Numbered from the stretch's first letter, positions 1-8,922 are shown. The stretch is 42,259 nucleotides of DNA from Thermodesulfovibrionales bacterium (GCA_022865525.1 JALHSV010000526.1:1-42259); one strand, 5' to 3'. Notes: generated from the letters alone by a model not told the origin. Program-made: numbers and translations.

Positions 1-141
1 AGCGTTCTGATAAATCTTTTCTGCGCCTTCTCGCAATGCCTCCGGGCTTGGTGTTCGTGGCAAACTGAGGAAGCCGCCCTGCCTGGCCTTCTCTACCTTT
101 GGAGCTACTGCCCTCTGGAACGGAGCTATGGCTTTTTTAAT
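1..141. repeat. Terminal direct repeat identical to 42119-42259 (circular-contig overlap or terminal redundancy)
   Basis: Base-by-base comparison of both window ends shows 141/141 identity. Confidence 0.95.
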
Positions 142-2094
142 AGCTTCAGACGGGGCTTGGGGGGGCTGGGCTAAATCATAAACTTCTTTTGGTATCGTTC
201 TTAATTTCTTCCCATCTAATTTAACAATATATTCTTTAGTTGTTTCGCCCAAAGGTCTCGACGGGTCTATTGGTTTTTCTTCAATGTCAACTGATAATTC
301 TTTATCTTTTTGTATGACATCAACCATTTCGCGATAAGTGATTCTATTAGATGTTCCAAAGTCACCTTTCCTATCTTTAAGAAACGCCGCTATGTTATTT
401 CTATCGCGTGATATTGTTTCGTCTAACACCTTCCCCTTCTCGGCAGGCTGGGCTGCTCTAATGCGCAAGTTATGCTCTAAATGTCTGGCTGTGTTAATCA
501 GGTCGAATTGTTCTTCATATTGCAGTTTTTGGCCCCTTGAAGTTATGCTTGGTGGTTTGCCTGCAAATGCGTGAGCAATCTCCGGCCTATCCTTAATATC
601 GTTAATGATACTGGTAATGGTGTCTAAATCGTTGTCCGCAAACGCTTTGTCCAGAGCAGCGGATACTTGCATGACCTCGTTGTCCTTATCTCGTATTGCT
701 TTTAATTTATCAAGTTTGGCTTTGTTGTATGAATTTACTCTGTCAATATCTGATTGTGTAATACCTTGTTCCTCAAGCAGTTTTAGTGCGCCGGGCCTTA
801 ATGGTTGGAGTTCTTCTTCAAGTTCTTCGATTGTAGAACCTAATTCTTTTTCGGCCTTGATTAGTTCTGCCAATTTCTCTGCCTTCCCCTTCTCGGCAGG
901 CTGGGCTACTGGCCTCTCTATCATGCCAGAATCGACAATCGGGGCCTCTTTCGTGGATTTGCCCTTAGCAGGCACTTCGGCCACTGGCGAGGCTACTGTG
1001 GCCTCCTCGTAGGCTTGCCTGGTTGTTGTTAATGCTGTTTCGGGTATCGCTTCGGGCGGGGCGGTAACTAAAGGCTTAATCCCGAACTTGGTCTGAGAGA
1101 TCATCTGGTCAACCTGCTCGATGGATTCTCCGGCCTCAAGTCTTTTCAGTGCGTTCTGAGCTACATCCTTAGATACGCCCATCTGCTGTTGGATGTTATT
1201 AACGAAGTTACGCTTACTACCGGCCTTAATGACGTTGCCGGCGTCCATATTCCTAAGAGTATCCCTTGCGTTTATAACCTTATCGAAGCTGTTCCTCATT
1301 CCCTTAACTTTGTCGGGATGAAATTTCCGGGCCTGAATACGGGCGGCGGCGTTAATCTCGTCTAATGTCGCACCTTTTTTAAGGCCGAGAGTCTTTAGCG
1401 CTCTCGATTGTTCTGTCGGCTTGAGTTTCGACCATATAGCACCTGCACCAGAAGATGCAAAGCTGAGTATTGCCCCCATCGCAAAACTCTCAAGAAAGAC
1501 CTCGCCACCCCTTGAACCGAAGTCCTCGTTGTAGATAGCCTCGGCAGTTCTCTTGCGAGCTTCATCCGTAGCTGTGTGCGCAACAAATAACCCTCCTGTT
1601 TCAAGTGCTTTCATCCCTGCCGCTTCTAATTTAGTGGAATTTTTAAGAAGCGATGTCGTAGTTAAGCCAGCGCCCCGCATGAGACTTCCTAACCCGATAA
1701 GCTCGGTAACGGCCTCGGACATCTGGCCTGCCGCCCGGCCTATCTTTCCTGCTGTCGTTTTGGGTGGTGTAAACTTCTTACCTGCTAAAGCGGGTGCTCT
1801 GGTCTGTTCTAACCATCCCGCCCCAAATTCGCCTGTAAACTCAGCACCCGGACTCTTCCAAATAGCTGAATCAGGAGGCGAAGCCCATACGTCAAAAGCA
1901 CCGGAAATGCCGGGGTCTTGTTCTTGCGGTTCAGGCTTTACAGACTTTAGAAACTCATCGCCAGGGCCGTGTGAGTATTGCAAAGGCTGTAACGACTTTT
2001 CGTATTCCTGTCGGGACGGCCTCTGGACATTCGGTGTAGGCGTACTGAATGTTATCTTCTCATATTCTTTTCTGGTAGGTGCAGCAACCGTCAT
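1..2094 (-). CDS. N-terminal 698 codons of a ~1655-aa giant virion (internal/ejection-type) protein; the ORF leaves the window at base 1 and continues at 42118->39245
   Basis: The ATG at 2094-2092 overlaps the TGA of the upstream gene (ATGA). My hand translation of 2094->1 has no stop codon. The frame is continuous with ORF 39245..42181 through the 141-bp overlap (..FLSLPRTPSPEALREGAEKIYQNA..). Plus-strand ORFs here are low-complexity shadows. Confidence 0.8.
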   Translation of the reverse strand, partial: MTVAAPTRKEYEKITFSTPTPNVQRPSRQEYEKSLQPLQYSHGPGDEFLKSVKPEPQEQDPGISGAFDVWASPPDSAIWKSPGAEFTGEFGAGWLEQTRAPALAGKKFTPPKTTAGKIGRAAGQMSEAVTELIGLGSLMRGAGLTTTSLLKNSTKLEAAGMKALETGGLFVAHTATDEARKRTAEAIYNEDFGSRGGEVFLESFAMGAILSFASSGAGAIWSKLKPTEQSRALKTLGLKKGATLDEINAAARIQARKFHPDKVKGMRNSFDKVINARDTLRNMDAGNVIKAGSKRNFVNNIQQQMGVSKDVAQNALKRLEAGESIEQVDQMISQTKFGIKPLVTAPPEAIPETALTTTRQAYEEATVASPVAEVPAKGKSTKEAPIVDSGMIERPVAQPAEKGKAEKLAELIKAEKELGSTIEELEEELQPLRPGALKLLEEQGITQSDIDRVNSYNKAKLDKLKAIRDKDNEVMQVSAALDKAFADNDLDTITSIINDIKDRPEIAHAFAGKPPSITSRGQKLQYEEQFDLINTARHLEHNLRIRAAQPAEKGKVLDETISRDRNNIAAFLKDRKGDFGTSNRITYREMVDVIQKDKELSVDIEEKPIDPSRPLGETTKEYIVKLDGKKLRTIPKEVYDLAQPPQAPSEAIKKAIAPFQRAVAPKVEKARQGGFLSLPRTPSPEALREGAEKIYQNA
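429..454. repeat. 26-nt perfect direct repeat (copy 1) within the giant ORF, encoding AQPAEKGK
   Basis: ccttccccttctcggcaggctgggct is identical to 882-907. Confidence 0.9.
882..907. repeat. 26-nt perfect direct repeat (copy 2) within the giant ORF
   Basis: Identical to 429-454. Confidence 0.9.
1237..1419 (-). other. J-domain-like segment (HPD tripeptide encoded at 1320-1312) inside the giant ORF
   Basis: Hand translation gives PTEQSRALKTLGLKKGATLDEINAAARIQARKFHPDKVKGMRNSFDKVINARDTLRNMDAG. This fits the DnaJ J-domain layout: LG..kgA..dEI..A.r....k.HPDK, then F..i..A...L. Confidence 0.65.
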
Positions 2095-3035
2095 TTCTGT
2101 TTCCCGTACTCCGGCTTGTAATGCAGTTCAAACCATCGGTCTTTTTCTTCCTCAGACGATATATGGGCGAGAATGTCGTCAAACTCCGCCTTATTCTTAG
2201 GTGGCGGGTAACTATCGACACCATATACTCTTTTCTGTTGTTTTTCTGGTTGTGCGGTTTTTGGTTGTGTAGCTGGCGGTGGTTGACTCCCTGCTTTTTC
2301 AATTTCTGCGTCTATTTTCTTTGCCTTACCAACCCCCATCTTCTTACGGATTTCAGCTAATCTATCATTGGCAAGCTGTTCGCCTTCTACGTCCCTTGTT
2401 ATTGGCAGGCTTTGGCCTGTCGCTTGTGCGAGTATCTGGGACTGAACAGTGGCCGTATCAGAACCGGTTGCCCTTCTTTTAGCTTCCTGCCAATATCGGT
2501 ACTGGTCCTCTAATGAATCCGGCTCTTTTAACGTACCGCCTTCGGCCTCTATTCGTCCTTGAAATTCTCCATATTGTTCTTCAGGAACAAGTGCCTGCCG
2601 CTTCTTGCCGTCTTTGTCAAACCATGATGTTTGATATGAACGGCCTTTTGTCGGATTTAACCTTTTATCAGTCAGCGCCTTAGTAGATTCTATCCGGGCC
2701 TGTTTGTATTCCCTGTCAAGCGGGTCCTGAAATGCCTGCTGCATTAGCCCCTGGCCGACCTGTGCCTGCATCTGGGAAGGTGGGGCAAAGCTACTGGCTA
2801 TCTTCTGCAGGAAGCCTACTGAGCCCGTTGAGTATTGAGGCTGGTTCTGGGAGAGTGCCTGTGCTATTTCCTGCGGCCCGCCGCCTTGAGAGACTATATT
2901 TATCACCTTAGCGTTCAAAGACCGTTCCTGCCTTAATCCCTCGACCTTACCGATAGTTTCGAGAATATCGGCAATGGCATTGAACGAGCCTCCGTACTTT
3001 CCCTGAGGATTGGTCAAATCGACTATCTGCGGCAT
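2091..3035 (-). CDS. Internal-virion/ejection-type protein (hypothetical), 314 aa
   Basis: Long ORF, Q/G/A-rich and charged. It sits between another internal-type protein and the giant protein at the end of the structural operon, and its stop overlaps the next start (ATGA). Confidence 0.5.
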   Translation of the reverse strand: MPQIVDLTNPQGKYGGSFNAIADILETIGKVEGLRQERSLNAKVINIVSQGGGPQEIAQALSQNQPQYSTGSVGFLQKIASSFAPPSQMQAQVGQGLMQQAFQDPLDREYKQARIESTKALTDKRLNPTKGRSYQTSWFDKDGKKRQALVPEEQYGEFQGRIEAEGGTLKEPDSLEDQYRYWQEAKRRATGSDTATVQSQILAQATGQSLPITRDVEGEQLANDRLAEIRKKMGVGKAKKIDAEIEKAGSQPPPATQPKTAQPEKQQKRVYGVDSYPPPKNKAEFDDILAHISSEEEKDRWFELHYKPEYGKQK

Positions 3036-3043
3036 TATTTCAC

Positions 3044-3919
3044 CTAATTTTCGTAATAATATGGATTAGCTTGTGCGTTCATTACATCGCCTGTGGTAGT
3101 ACCTTTATTGCCCCCGGCATTTATGGCCGCAGTCAAAAGCGAACCTATCAACGGGGATGCCTGAGCGAACATAGACGGCTCACCACCCTCAACACTACCT
3201 ACCGAGTTACCCATTATCGAGGATAGTATCTGGGGCTGGGTATTGAATCTGAAGTTAATATCGTTCATCGCCTTACCGTATTGAGCGTCCTCTATCTGTT
3301 GGGATATACTCCGGGTCAGAGAACCTAAATCGACGGCAGTCCCTATCTTCTTTAGTTTGGAAGTCTCTTTGGCCGCCCCTGTCCTTTCGAGGCCGCCGGC
3401 CGCGCCCATTCTTCTGTTCTCGGCGGCGTTCAGGTACTCAGACAACGCCCCGGCAATTCTTTCCTGAATAGCTGTAACGCCCCGGCCTAAAACGTCCCTG
3501 CCGGTATTAGAGCCGAAGTTGCCCTGTGTAACCATCCCCCTGCCGAGCCTGTTCAGCATCAGGTTCCCTTCCTCGGTAGCTTTTGCGGTTATGCCCCTTA
3601 CTTCCGGCCTATCGAGAATATCGCCCGGGGCCGCTATATCCCTGTACGTCTGGGAAGCGTAGTTTATATCAGCCGATTCGGGGCTGTCGATAAACTGCTG
3701 GCCCATACTAATCGCTTGATTCTGCATACCACTCAACGGGGCAACGCCCTGCGTAGGCATATTTACGTCTTCCTTGCCCCTTGCGAGTAGTTCGTCCATA
3801 GAAGCGTAATACTGAGGGGGGAGCTTGACCTTCTTACTCTTAGAGCCGCCGAACATACTGCCTGCCGTTAAGCCTAATCCACCACCTATTAACGCCCCGG
3901 TCAATGCTGTCATAGCCAT
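3044..3919 (-). CDS. Internal-virion-type protein with a Gly-rich hydrophobic N-terminus, 291 aa
   Basis: N-terminus MAMTALTGALIGGGLGLTAGSMFGG. The rest is Gly/Asn/Gln-rich. Function inferred from position in the structural operon. Confidence 0.5.
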   Translation of the reverse strand: MAMTALTGALIGGGLGLTAGSMFGGSKSKKVKLPPQYYASMDELLARGKEDVNMPTQGVAPLSGMQNQAISMGQQFIDSPESADINYASQTYRDIAAPGDILDRPEVRGITAKATEEGNLMLNRLGRGMVTQGNFGSNTGRDVLGRGVTAIQERIAGALSEYLNAAENRRMGAAGGLERTGAAKETSKLKKIGTAVDLGSLTRSISQQIEDAQYGKAMNDINFRFNTQPQILSSIMGNSVGSVEGGEPSMFAQASPLIGSLLTAAINAGGNKGTTTGDVMNAQANPYYYEN

Positions 3920-3959
3920 AATTTATACCTCTATATATTGTATTGTTTACATTCCCACA

Positions 3960-4421
3960 TTACGCCCCTGCCGAATTATCAACGCTTACATCTACGAATC
4001 CCATCAGCCGCCATACCGAGGTTGTCGTCCCTCCCGTTTCGCATACCCAGACCGTAACATCCCCGGAAGCGGTAGTTATATCCACCGAACTGCCGATTAG
4101 TCTGGTTGCTGCGGAGGTGTCAAAAACAATAGCGCCTTTCGAGATAATAGTAATCCTCTGCCCCGCCACTCCATCGTCAAAGCGGGTAATGGTTAGGCCA
4201 GTGGTATTCGTTAAAAACAGCTTACCCCACTTAACGCTTGGCGTAGCGTCTGAGTCGATGAATGTTATTACCACAGGCGCAATATTTATATCGTTATGTA
4301 TTTGCTTGTGCTGTTTCTCTAATGCCGTGTGGAGTTTGTGCAGGTAGTCCTTCATCGGGCCGTCCGGCACTTTCGTTAAATCAGGTAATGCTAAAGTCCT
4401 TCCTAATTGCATTAAAGCCAT
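3960..4421 (-). CDS. Small virion structural protein (hypothetical), 153 aa
   Basis: ORF coupled to the upstream gene by a 10-nt overlap, lying within the tail module. Confidence 0.5.
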   Translation of the reverse strand: MALMQLGRTLALPDLTKVPDGPMKDYLHKLHTALEKQHKQIHNDINIAPVVITFIDSDATPSVKWGKLFLTNTTGLTITRFDDGVAGQRITIISKGAIVFDTSAATRLIGSSVDITTASGDVTVWVCETGGTTTSVWRLMGFVDVSVDNSAGA

Positions 4422-6031
4422 CCATCGTATTCGTAAGTAAAGATACAGCCGAGAAATTCAAAGGCTGTAGCCGCCTCTATTTTCATAAGTCCCGTTCTGA
4501 AACGTATGTCTATACCGCCCATATCGACTATTACTATGGCCGGATTATTCGAGTTTGTCATATCAATCGTACCGAGAGATTCCCAGCTTGACTCTTCATC
4601 TTCCTTAAAATATATCGTAGCCGAGCCTGTCGATTTACGGTTAAAGAAGAACCTTATCTCCTGACATCGCTTAAATTCTCCCAACGCCCCTTTATTGGCA
4701 AGGTCGGTACTGAGTACGAGCGAGGCTGTAAAGGCCGCCTGATTGTCCAGTCCAGCCGCGTGGTAGTCATAGGTATATCCGGAGTAATCCGAGCATAAGT
4801 CAAGCGAGAAGCCCGCTATGGCCTCTGTCGAGTCGATAGTTGTCCATCCGATACCGTCAATAGTGGAATATGGAATCGTATCGATAGTCCATGAGTTCTG
4901 CCGGGTATAGTTACCCCAGCAGCAGACGGTGAAATTATCAATCTCCCATATCCCCCTGTCCAAATTGAATCGTATGACCTTATCGTTTCCCGTCGAGCCC
5001 GGATCACCGGGTATCGTCCATGCAATCTGATTGTATTCGCTCAGGTACGCGGCGTCGATGTAATCTTGGTAAGTCTGGTTAATCTTCCTTATCGATACGT
5101 CTATGGCCTCGGATATTGCACCGAACCTTAATTTCCTGACAGCGTAGTCTGCACCGATATAATATAAATTCCCCTCAACGTCATTAGCCACCGAATGAGT
5201 CGCTAACAAGCCGCCGGTATTCGAGATTCTTTCGGTATTGAATACCGCATCGGCTTCGACCGTCCACATGAAATAATGCGAACTTCTAATATCGTCCTTA
5301 AAGACTACCAGAAGATTGGCGTCATTAGAGAGATAATGCCCGAACCCCTTGATATGGCCCGAGCCTTCAGAGAAGTCTTTAATATACGAATCGCCCGTCC
5401 CGCCGGTAGTCTGCCAGTCGGTCTCATCGTTCAGTGAGCAGGCCCGTACCCTTCTGGGGAATGTTGTTCCACCCTCCTGTGTGAATCCTATTATGAGTTT
5501 ATTATCGAAGGTTGTCAGATACTTTGCCTTAGTTACATAAGTCACTCCGCCGTCAGTATCGAGGCCGCTTACCGAGTCCAGCGGAGCAAAAGCGGTACCG
5601 GGAGTCGTTTCGTCCCATGCCTGAATCATATCGACCCAATTAGTCGCTACTACCAGACCCTTGAAACTCACGATGTCCCAAAGTACACAATCGCCCGAAC
5701 AAGTGAACATCGCCGTAAATGTTCCAGCCGACTGAGACCATAAATATATATGGGCTTTAGTTGCGCAAAAGAGATATTCCGTACCGTCGGAAGAATAGTG
5801 CCGGTGATACCTGATAATGGGATTAGCGTCAGTTACCTGAACCCTGTCATTCGAGCCGTCCAGAAGCTCTCTGAGCCGTCCCTGTATGCGCTGGGCGCGT
5901 CCGTAACGCAGCATGACATTCGTGGATTCCGCAGAATACGCTTTGTTCAGTTTTATCCTTGGCACATCTTCGCGCACACCTTGTATATCGTCGAATATGG
6001 CAAAGGAACGTTCCGTCATAGTATTTGGCAC
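4412..6031 (-). CDS. Large virion structural protein, possible beta-propeller tail nozzle/tubular-B-like, 539 aa
   Basis: 539-aa ORF with repeated beta-strand-rich W/G/D segments. Function inferred from size and position only. Confidence 0.45.
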   Translation of the reverse strand: MPNTMTERSFAIFDDIQGVREDVPRIKLNKAYSAESTNVMLRYGRAQRIQGRLRELLDGSNDRVQVTDANPIIRYHRHYSSDGTEYLFCATKAHIYLWSQSAGTFTAMFTCSGDCVLWDIVSFKGLVVATNWVDMIQAWDETTPGTAFAPLDSVSGLDTDGGVTYVTKAKYLTTFDNKLIIGFTQEGGTTFPRRVRACSLNDETDWQTTGGTGDSYIKDFSEGSGHIKGFGHYLSNDANLLVVFKDDIRSSHYFMWTVEADAVFNTERISNTGGLLATHSVANDVEGNLYYIGADYAVRKLRFGAISEAIDVSIRKINQTYQDYIDAAYLSEYNQIAWTIPGDPGSTGNDKVIRFNLDRGIWEIDNFTVCCWGNYTRQNSWTIDTIPYSTIDGIGWTTIDSTEAIAGFSLDLCSDYSGYTYDYHAAGLDNQAAFTASLVLSTDLANKGALGEFKRCQEIRFFFNRKSTGSATIYFKEDEESSWESLGTIDMTNSNNPAIVIVDMGGIDIRFRTGLMKIEAATAFEFLGCIFTYEYDGWL

Positions 6032-6059
6032 TTGACAGCCCCCCTTCCTTCGCTATAAT
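6032..6059 (+). promoter_or_regulatory. Consensus sigma70-type promoter (TTGACA-N16-TATAAT) driving the plus-strand HNH gene
   Basis: TTGACA at 6032-6037 and TATAAT at 6054-6059, about 70 nt upstream of the only plus-strand gene. Confidence 0.6.
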
Positions 6060-6129
6060 AAGACAAGCCAGAGACCGGTATGTAGCCGGAAACTGGCTCT
6101 AACCGCAACCAACTAATTAGGAGTTGATT

Positions 6130-6627
6130 ATGGCTGAACAAATCATAACAAAAACCTGCCGAACTTGCAAAGAAACAAAACCTCTTTCTGAGTTTTACAA
6201 ACACTCTACAAGCCGCGATGGATATAGAAGTGATTGTATAAAATGTAATTTGCAATACAAAAAACACTATGCCCAAACTCCAAACGGCAGAGTTAATCAC
6301 CTTAAAGCCAAAAGAAGATATAGCAAGACAGATAAATGTAAAGTAGCAAGAAAGCGATATAACAACAGCGAAAAAGGCAAATTGAATGCTCGATACCATG
6401 CCAAAAGATATTGTAAACAGCATCCTAATCGGGCCAAAGCCACTCATGTTGTAAATCATTCTGTCGAAAGAGGAGAACTTCCCCGGCCTAAGACCCTGCA
6501 ATGCCATTATGGAAATCATCCAGCCAGAGAATATCACCATTGGCACGGCTATGCGCCTGAGCATTGGCTTGACGTTGTTCCTATTTGCAAAAAATGCCAT
6601 GCTAAAACCTATAGCAAAAGTGCTTAA
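6130..6627 (+). CDS. HNH-type (homing) endonuclease; the only plus-strand gene
   Basis: AGGAG at 6119-6123 lies 6 nt before the ATG at 6130. N-terminal CxxC...CxxC Zn motifs and a C-terminal EYHHWHGY..HWLDVVPICKKCH HNH signature. AT-richer than its neighbours. Confidence 0.7.
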   Translation: MAEQIITKTCRTCKETKPLSEFYKHSTSRDGYRSDCIKCNLQYKKHYAQTPNGRVNHLKAKRRYSKTDKCKVARKRYNNSEKGKLNARYHAKRYCKQHPNRAKATHVVNHSVERGELPRPKTLQCHYGNHPAREYHHWHGYAPEHWLDVVPICKKCHAKTYSKSA

Positions 6628-6668
6628 TATAGCAAATTTCTGTTCTGTCGCTACTGGCATTTAATACC

Positions 6669-7463
6669 CTATTGCTTTACACAACCTCCAGTGCCTATTG
6701 GCAACCAATAAATAGTGTTTGTTGTTGTTATTTTCCAATAGTCATTCTTGCGGACGGGCATTGTTAGATTAGTCTTTGTAGCACTGGAGAGTTGTCTTAT
6801 TGTTGTTGGTGGATTACTGCCATCGGTAAGACCAGAAATCTCTGCTGAAACAGCGTAAGCACAAATAATACCATCACATTGTGCTCGATAAACACTATTG
6901 CCGGTAAATGCAGCCGATGCGGTATCCAGAGTTGTCCATGCCCCGAAAATACCAGCCGTTGCCTGAGTAACAAGAGTAGCTTCTTTTGTACCCACTTGGT
7001 CGTCAATATACTTCTTATTAGCAAGCATCGCATCAGTAGTCGGGGCCGCCGAGGTAGCCAACAAAGACCCGTCTCCGACAGTTGCTATTCCGGTAACTCC
7101 GAGCGTCCCTGCTACCAGCGTATTGCCCGTTGCCGCCGTTACGGTAAACTTGTTCGTATTGATAGCTACATTGCCCGAGCCTGTAATAGTCGTTCCTGAC
7201 AACGCCCCTGTCGATGTAAGTGACGTGCAGGTAATGGCCGAATGTTTGCCCGTATTCGCCCCGGAAACCTCCGAGCCGGTCAGTGCGAAAACGTGCTCGA
7301 TAGCAAGGCGCTCCTGTATAGCGTCCTTGACTTCCCTGATCCGGTCGTCTATTACAGAGGGCGCATCGGTACCTGCCGGCGTGTCGGTGTCGTAGGTGTA
7401 CGTCCAGCCGAGACCAATAAACAATAATAGGAGTATGCTGTTTATAATTGTCAGTTTTTTCAT
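6669..7463 (-). CDS. Tail-fibre-like protein with an N-terminal Sec-type signal peptide, 264 aa
   Basis: N-terminus MKKLTIINSILLLLFIGLGW, followed by PAGTDAPSVIDDRIREVKDAIQERLAIEHVF, a motif common at phage fibre N-termini. Also G/T/A-rich repeats and NKKYIDD. Confidence 0.6.
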   Translation of the reverse strand: MKKLTIINSILLLLFIGLGWTYTYDTDTPAGTDAPSVIDDRIREVKDAIQERLAIEHVFALTGSEVSGANTGKHSAITCTSLTSTGALSGTTITGSGNVAINTNKFTVTAATGNTLVAGTLGVTGIATVGDGSLLATSAAPTTDAMLANKKYIDDQVGTKEATLVTQATAGIFGAWTTLDTASAAFTGNSVYRAQCDGIICAYAVSAEISGLTDGSNPPTTIRQLSSATKTNLTMPVRKNDYWKITTTNTIYWLPIGTGGCVKQ

Positions 7464-7711
7464 GGCTTGTCCTTTTTCAATGTTACTTGTTTTTTAGCCG
7501 TCAATCTTCCCCACATGGCAAGAGCACCGCCTACGAGAACACCAATTTGAGTTAGTGCTTCGACAAGCGTTTCTTTCTCAGTGGTCATTGCGTCTATGGA
7601 AACCGGGCCAACCTCACCTATATTAAGAGATTGCATTATTCCGATTGCCATAACAATCAATGAGGCCCATATCGTCTTACTCTGATACCAAGGTTCAGTT
7701 TTTTCATTCAT
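7460..7711 (-). CDS. Holin-like small membrane protein (2 TM), 83 aa
   Basis: PWYQSKTIWASLIVMAIGIMQSL, a second TM segment IGVLVGGALAMWGRL, and a basic C-terminal tail KKQVTLKKDKP. Confidence 0.6.
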   Translation of the reverse strand: MNEKTEPWYQSKTIWASLIVMAIGIMQSLNIGEVGPVSIDAMTTEKETLVEALTQIGVLVGGALAMWGRLTAKKQVTLKKDKP

Positions 7712-7714
7712 AAT

Positions 7715-8320
7715 TTACCCCTTTACCACTCCGGGTTCTGTGTTCTGCGTTAATCTTCTCGTTTGTTTTTCACGTTCATACATTCCCTGCCACATCGAGG
7801 CGTACTTCATATTGCCCTGCATAGCGGATTTGAAATAGACCGTTCCGTACTTAATGGCATTTCTGAACTCATCGGAAAATTCTATTGCACTTACGTCCTG
7901 GGCGTGATACTTCCAGAACCAGATAGTTGTCGTATATGCCGCCCCTGGTGGTGTGTATAGATAAAACAACTTATTCTGCTCTGCGTACTGTCTCGGAACG
8001 CTTCTTAATCCCGAATTGAAGCTGACCATGAACTCTCGATATTCCCGCCAGGAAATTCTTGTCAGAGGGTTAAGGTCGTAGCTTCCGTCGTTCAGGATTA
8101 TCCCGCCGTCCATAAGACTTTTGAATAGTGCCGGGTACGCCAGTGTCGTACTCGTACTCGTAAGGGTCTGGGTAGTATCGGACGATTTCAGGAAGTTGTG
8201 ATTAGATAGATCGTCCAGACAGACCTGGAGGGCCTCGTCCAAGTCGGTAGCGCCAGCAGCTAAGGCGCTTTTACGGCATTGATTATAGAACTCAATGATT
8301 TCTGCTTTAGTTATTGCCAT
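7715..8320 (-). CDS. Virion structural protein (adaptor or tail-tubular-A-like candidate), 201 aa
   Basis: ORF in the tail module, about 200 aa. No diagnostic motif recognised. Confidence 0.4.
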   Translation of the reverse strand: MAITKAEIIEFYNQCRKSALAAGATDLDEALQVCLDDLSNHNFLKSSDTTQTLTSTSTTLAYPALFKSLMDGGIILNDGSYDLNPLTRISWREYREFMVSFNSGLRSVPRQYAEQNKLFYLYTPPGAAYTTTIWFWKYHAQDVSAIEFSDEFRNAIKYGTVYFKSAMQGNMKYASMWQGMYEREKQTRRLTQNTEPGVVKG

Positions 8321-8921
8321 TTTCTAATACCTTTACTCTTTTATTTAACTGGCTTAACTGTTCAAGGACAATCGACCAATCATTAGCCGCTACGCCTGGC
8401 TTACCCTGCGGTCCGGGCGGCCCTGGAATACCTTGACCAAGTTCACCCTTATCGCCCTTTTGTCCTTGTGGTCCCTCTGGTCCCTGTAGGCCTGTTTCCC
8501 CCTGTGGTCCTTGTGGGCCTGTTTCCCCGGCCAACCCTTGTTGTCCGGTTTCACCAACCGGCCCTTTTTCTCCCATCGGCCCCTGCGTTCCCCGTAAACC
8601 TGTCGGCCCTATCTCTCCGGTCGGTCCCGGTTCACCCTGTAATCCCTGTGGTCCTATCAGTCCAGCCGAACCTTGCTTACCGACCGGGCCTGCAACGCCT
8701 ATATTTCCCTTCGGTCCCTGTTCACCCTGCGGACCCTCTGGTCCCCGTTCTCCCTGTGGTCCTATCTCGCCTTTTTCGCCCTTCGGTCCTTGAGGCCCCA
8801 TCGGGCCGGAATCACCTTTGCGGGCTATAGTCAATTCCTTATCGCCCCAAAAGAGCTTCCCACCCTTAACGAGTAGCGTATTGAGTATTTCTTCTTTTTT
8901 AATTTTGCGGTTTTGTTTCAT
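8307..8921 (-). CDS. Collagen-like (G-X-Y repeat) fibre protein
   Basis: About 50 uninterrupted G-X-Y triplets ([30 protein letters not shown]...). I moved the start to the ATG at 8921 ([11 protein letters not shown]), just after the upstream stop at 8923-8925. Confidence 0.8.
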   Translation of the reverse strand: MKQNRKIKKEEILNTLLVKGGKLFWGDKELTIARKGDSGPMGPQGPKGEKGEIGPQGERGPEGPQGEQGPKGNIGVAGPVGKQGSAGLIGPQGLQGEPGPTGEIGPTGLRGTQGPMGEKGPVGETGQQGLAGETGPQGPQGETGLQGPEGPQGQKGDKGELGQGIPGPPGPQGKPGVAANDWSIVLEQLSQLNKRVKVLENGNN

Positions 8922-8922
8922 T

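Noticed and set aside
338-2200. Plus-strand ORFs 338-574, 605-1012 and 1553-2200
   Set aside because: They are low-complexity Ser/Ala/Pro-rich translations, antisense to a continuous 698-codon minus-strand frame with protein-like sequence. They are shadow ORFs.
6016-6660. Minus-strand 214-aa ORF overlapping the HNH gene
   Set aside because: It is exactly antisense to a gene with its own promoter, RBS and HNH motifs. Its translation is hydrophobic F/I/S-rich junk, typical of the reverse frame of an AT/Lys-rich gene.
8468-8830. Plus-strand 120-aa Pro/Val/Leu-rich ORF
   Set aside because: It is antisense to the collagen-like gene, a repeat-driven open frame.
8307-8921. Periodic repeat that might be mistaken for a CRISPR or tandem-repeat array
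   Set aside because: The 9-bp periodicity is the G-X-Y codon pattern of a collagen-like ORF. There are no unique spacers or direct repeats of CRISPR size.
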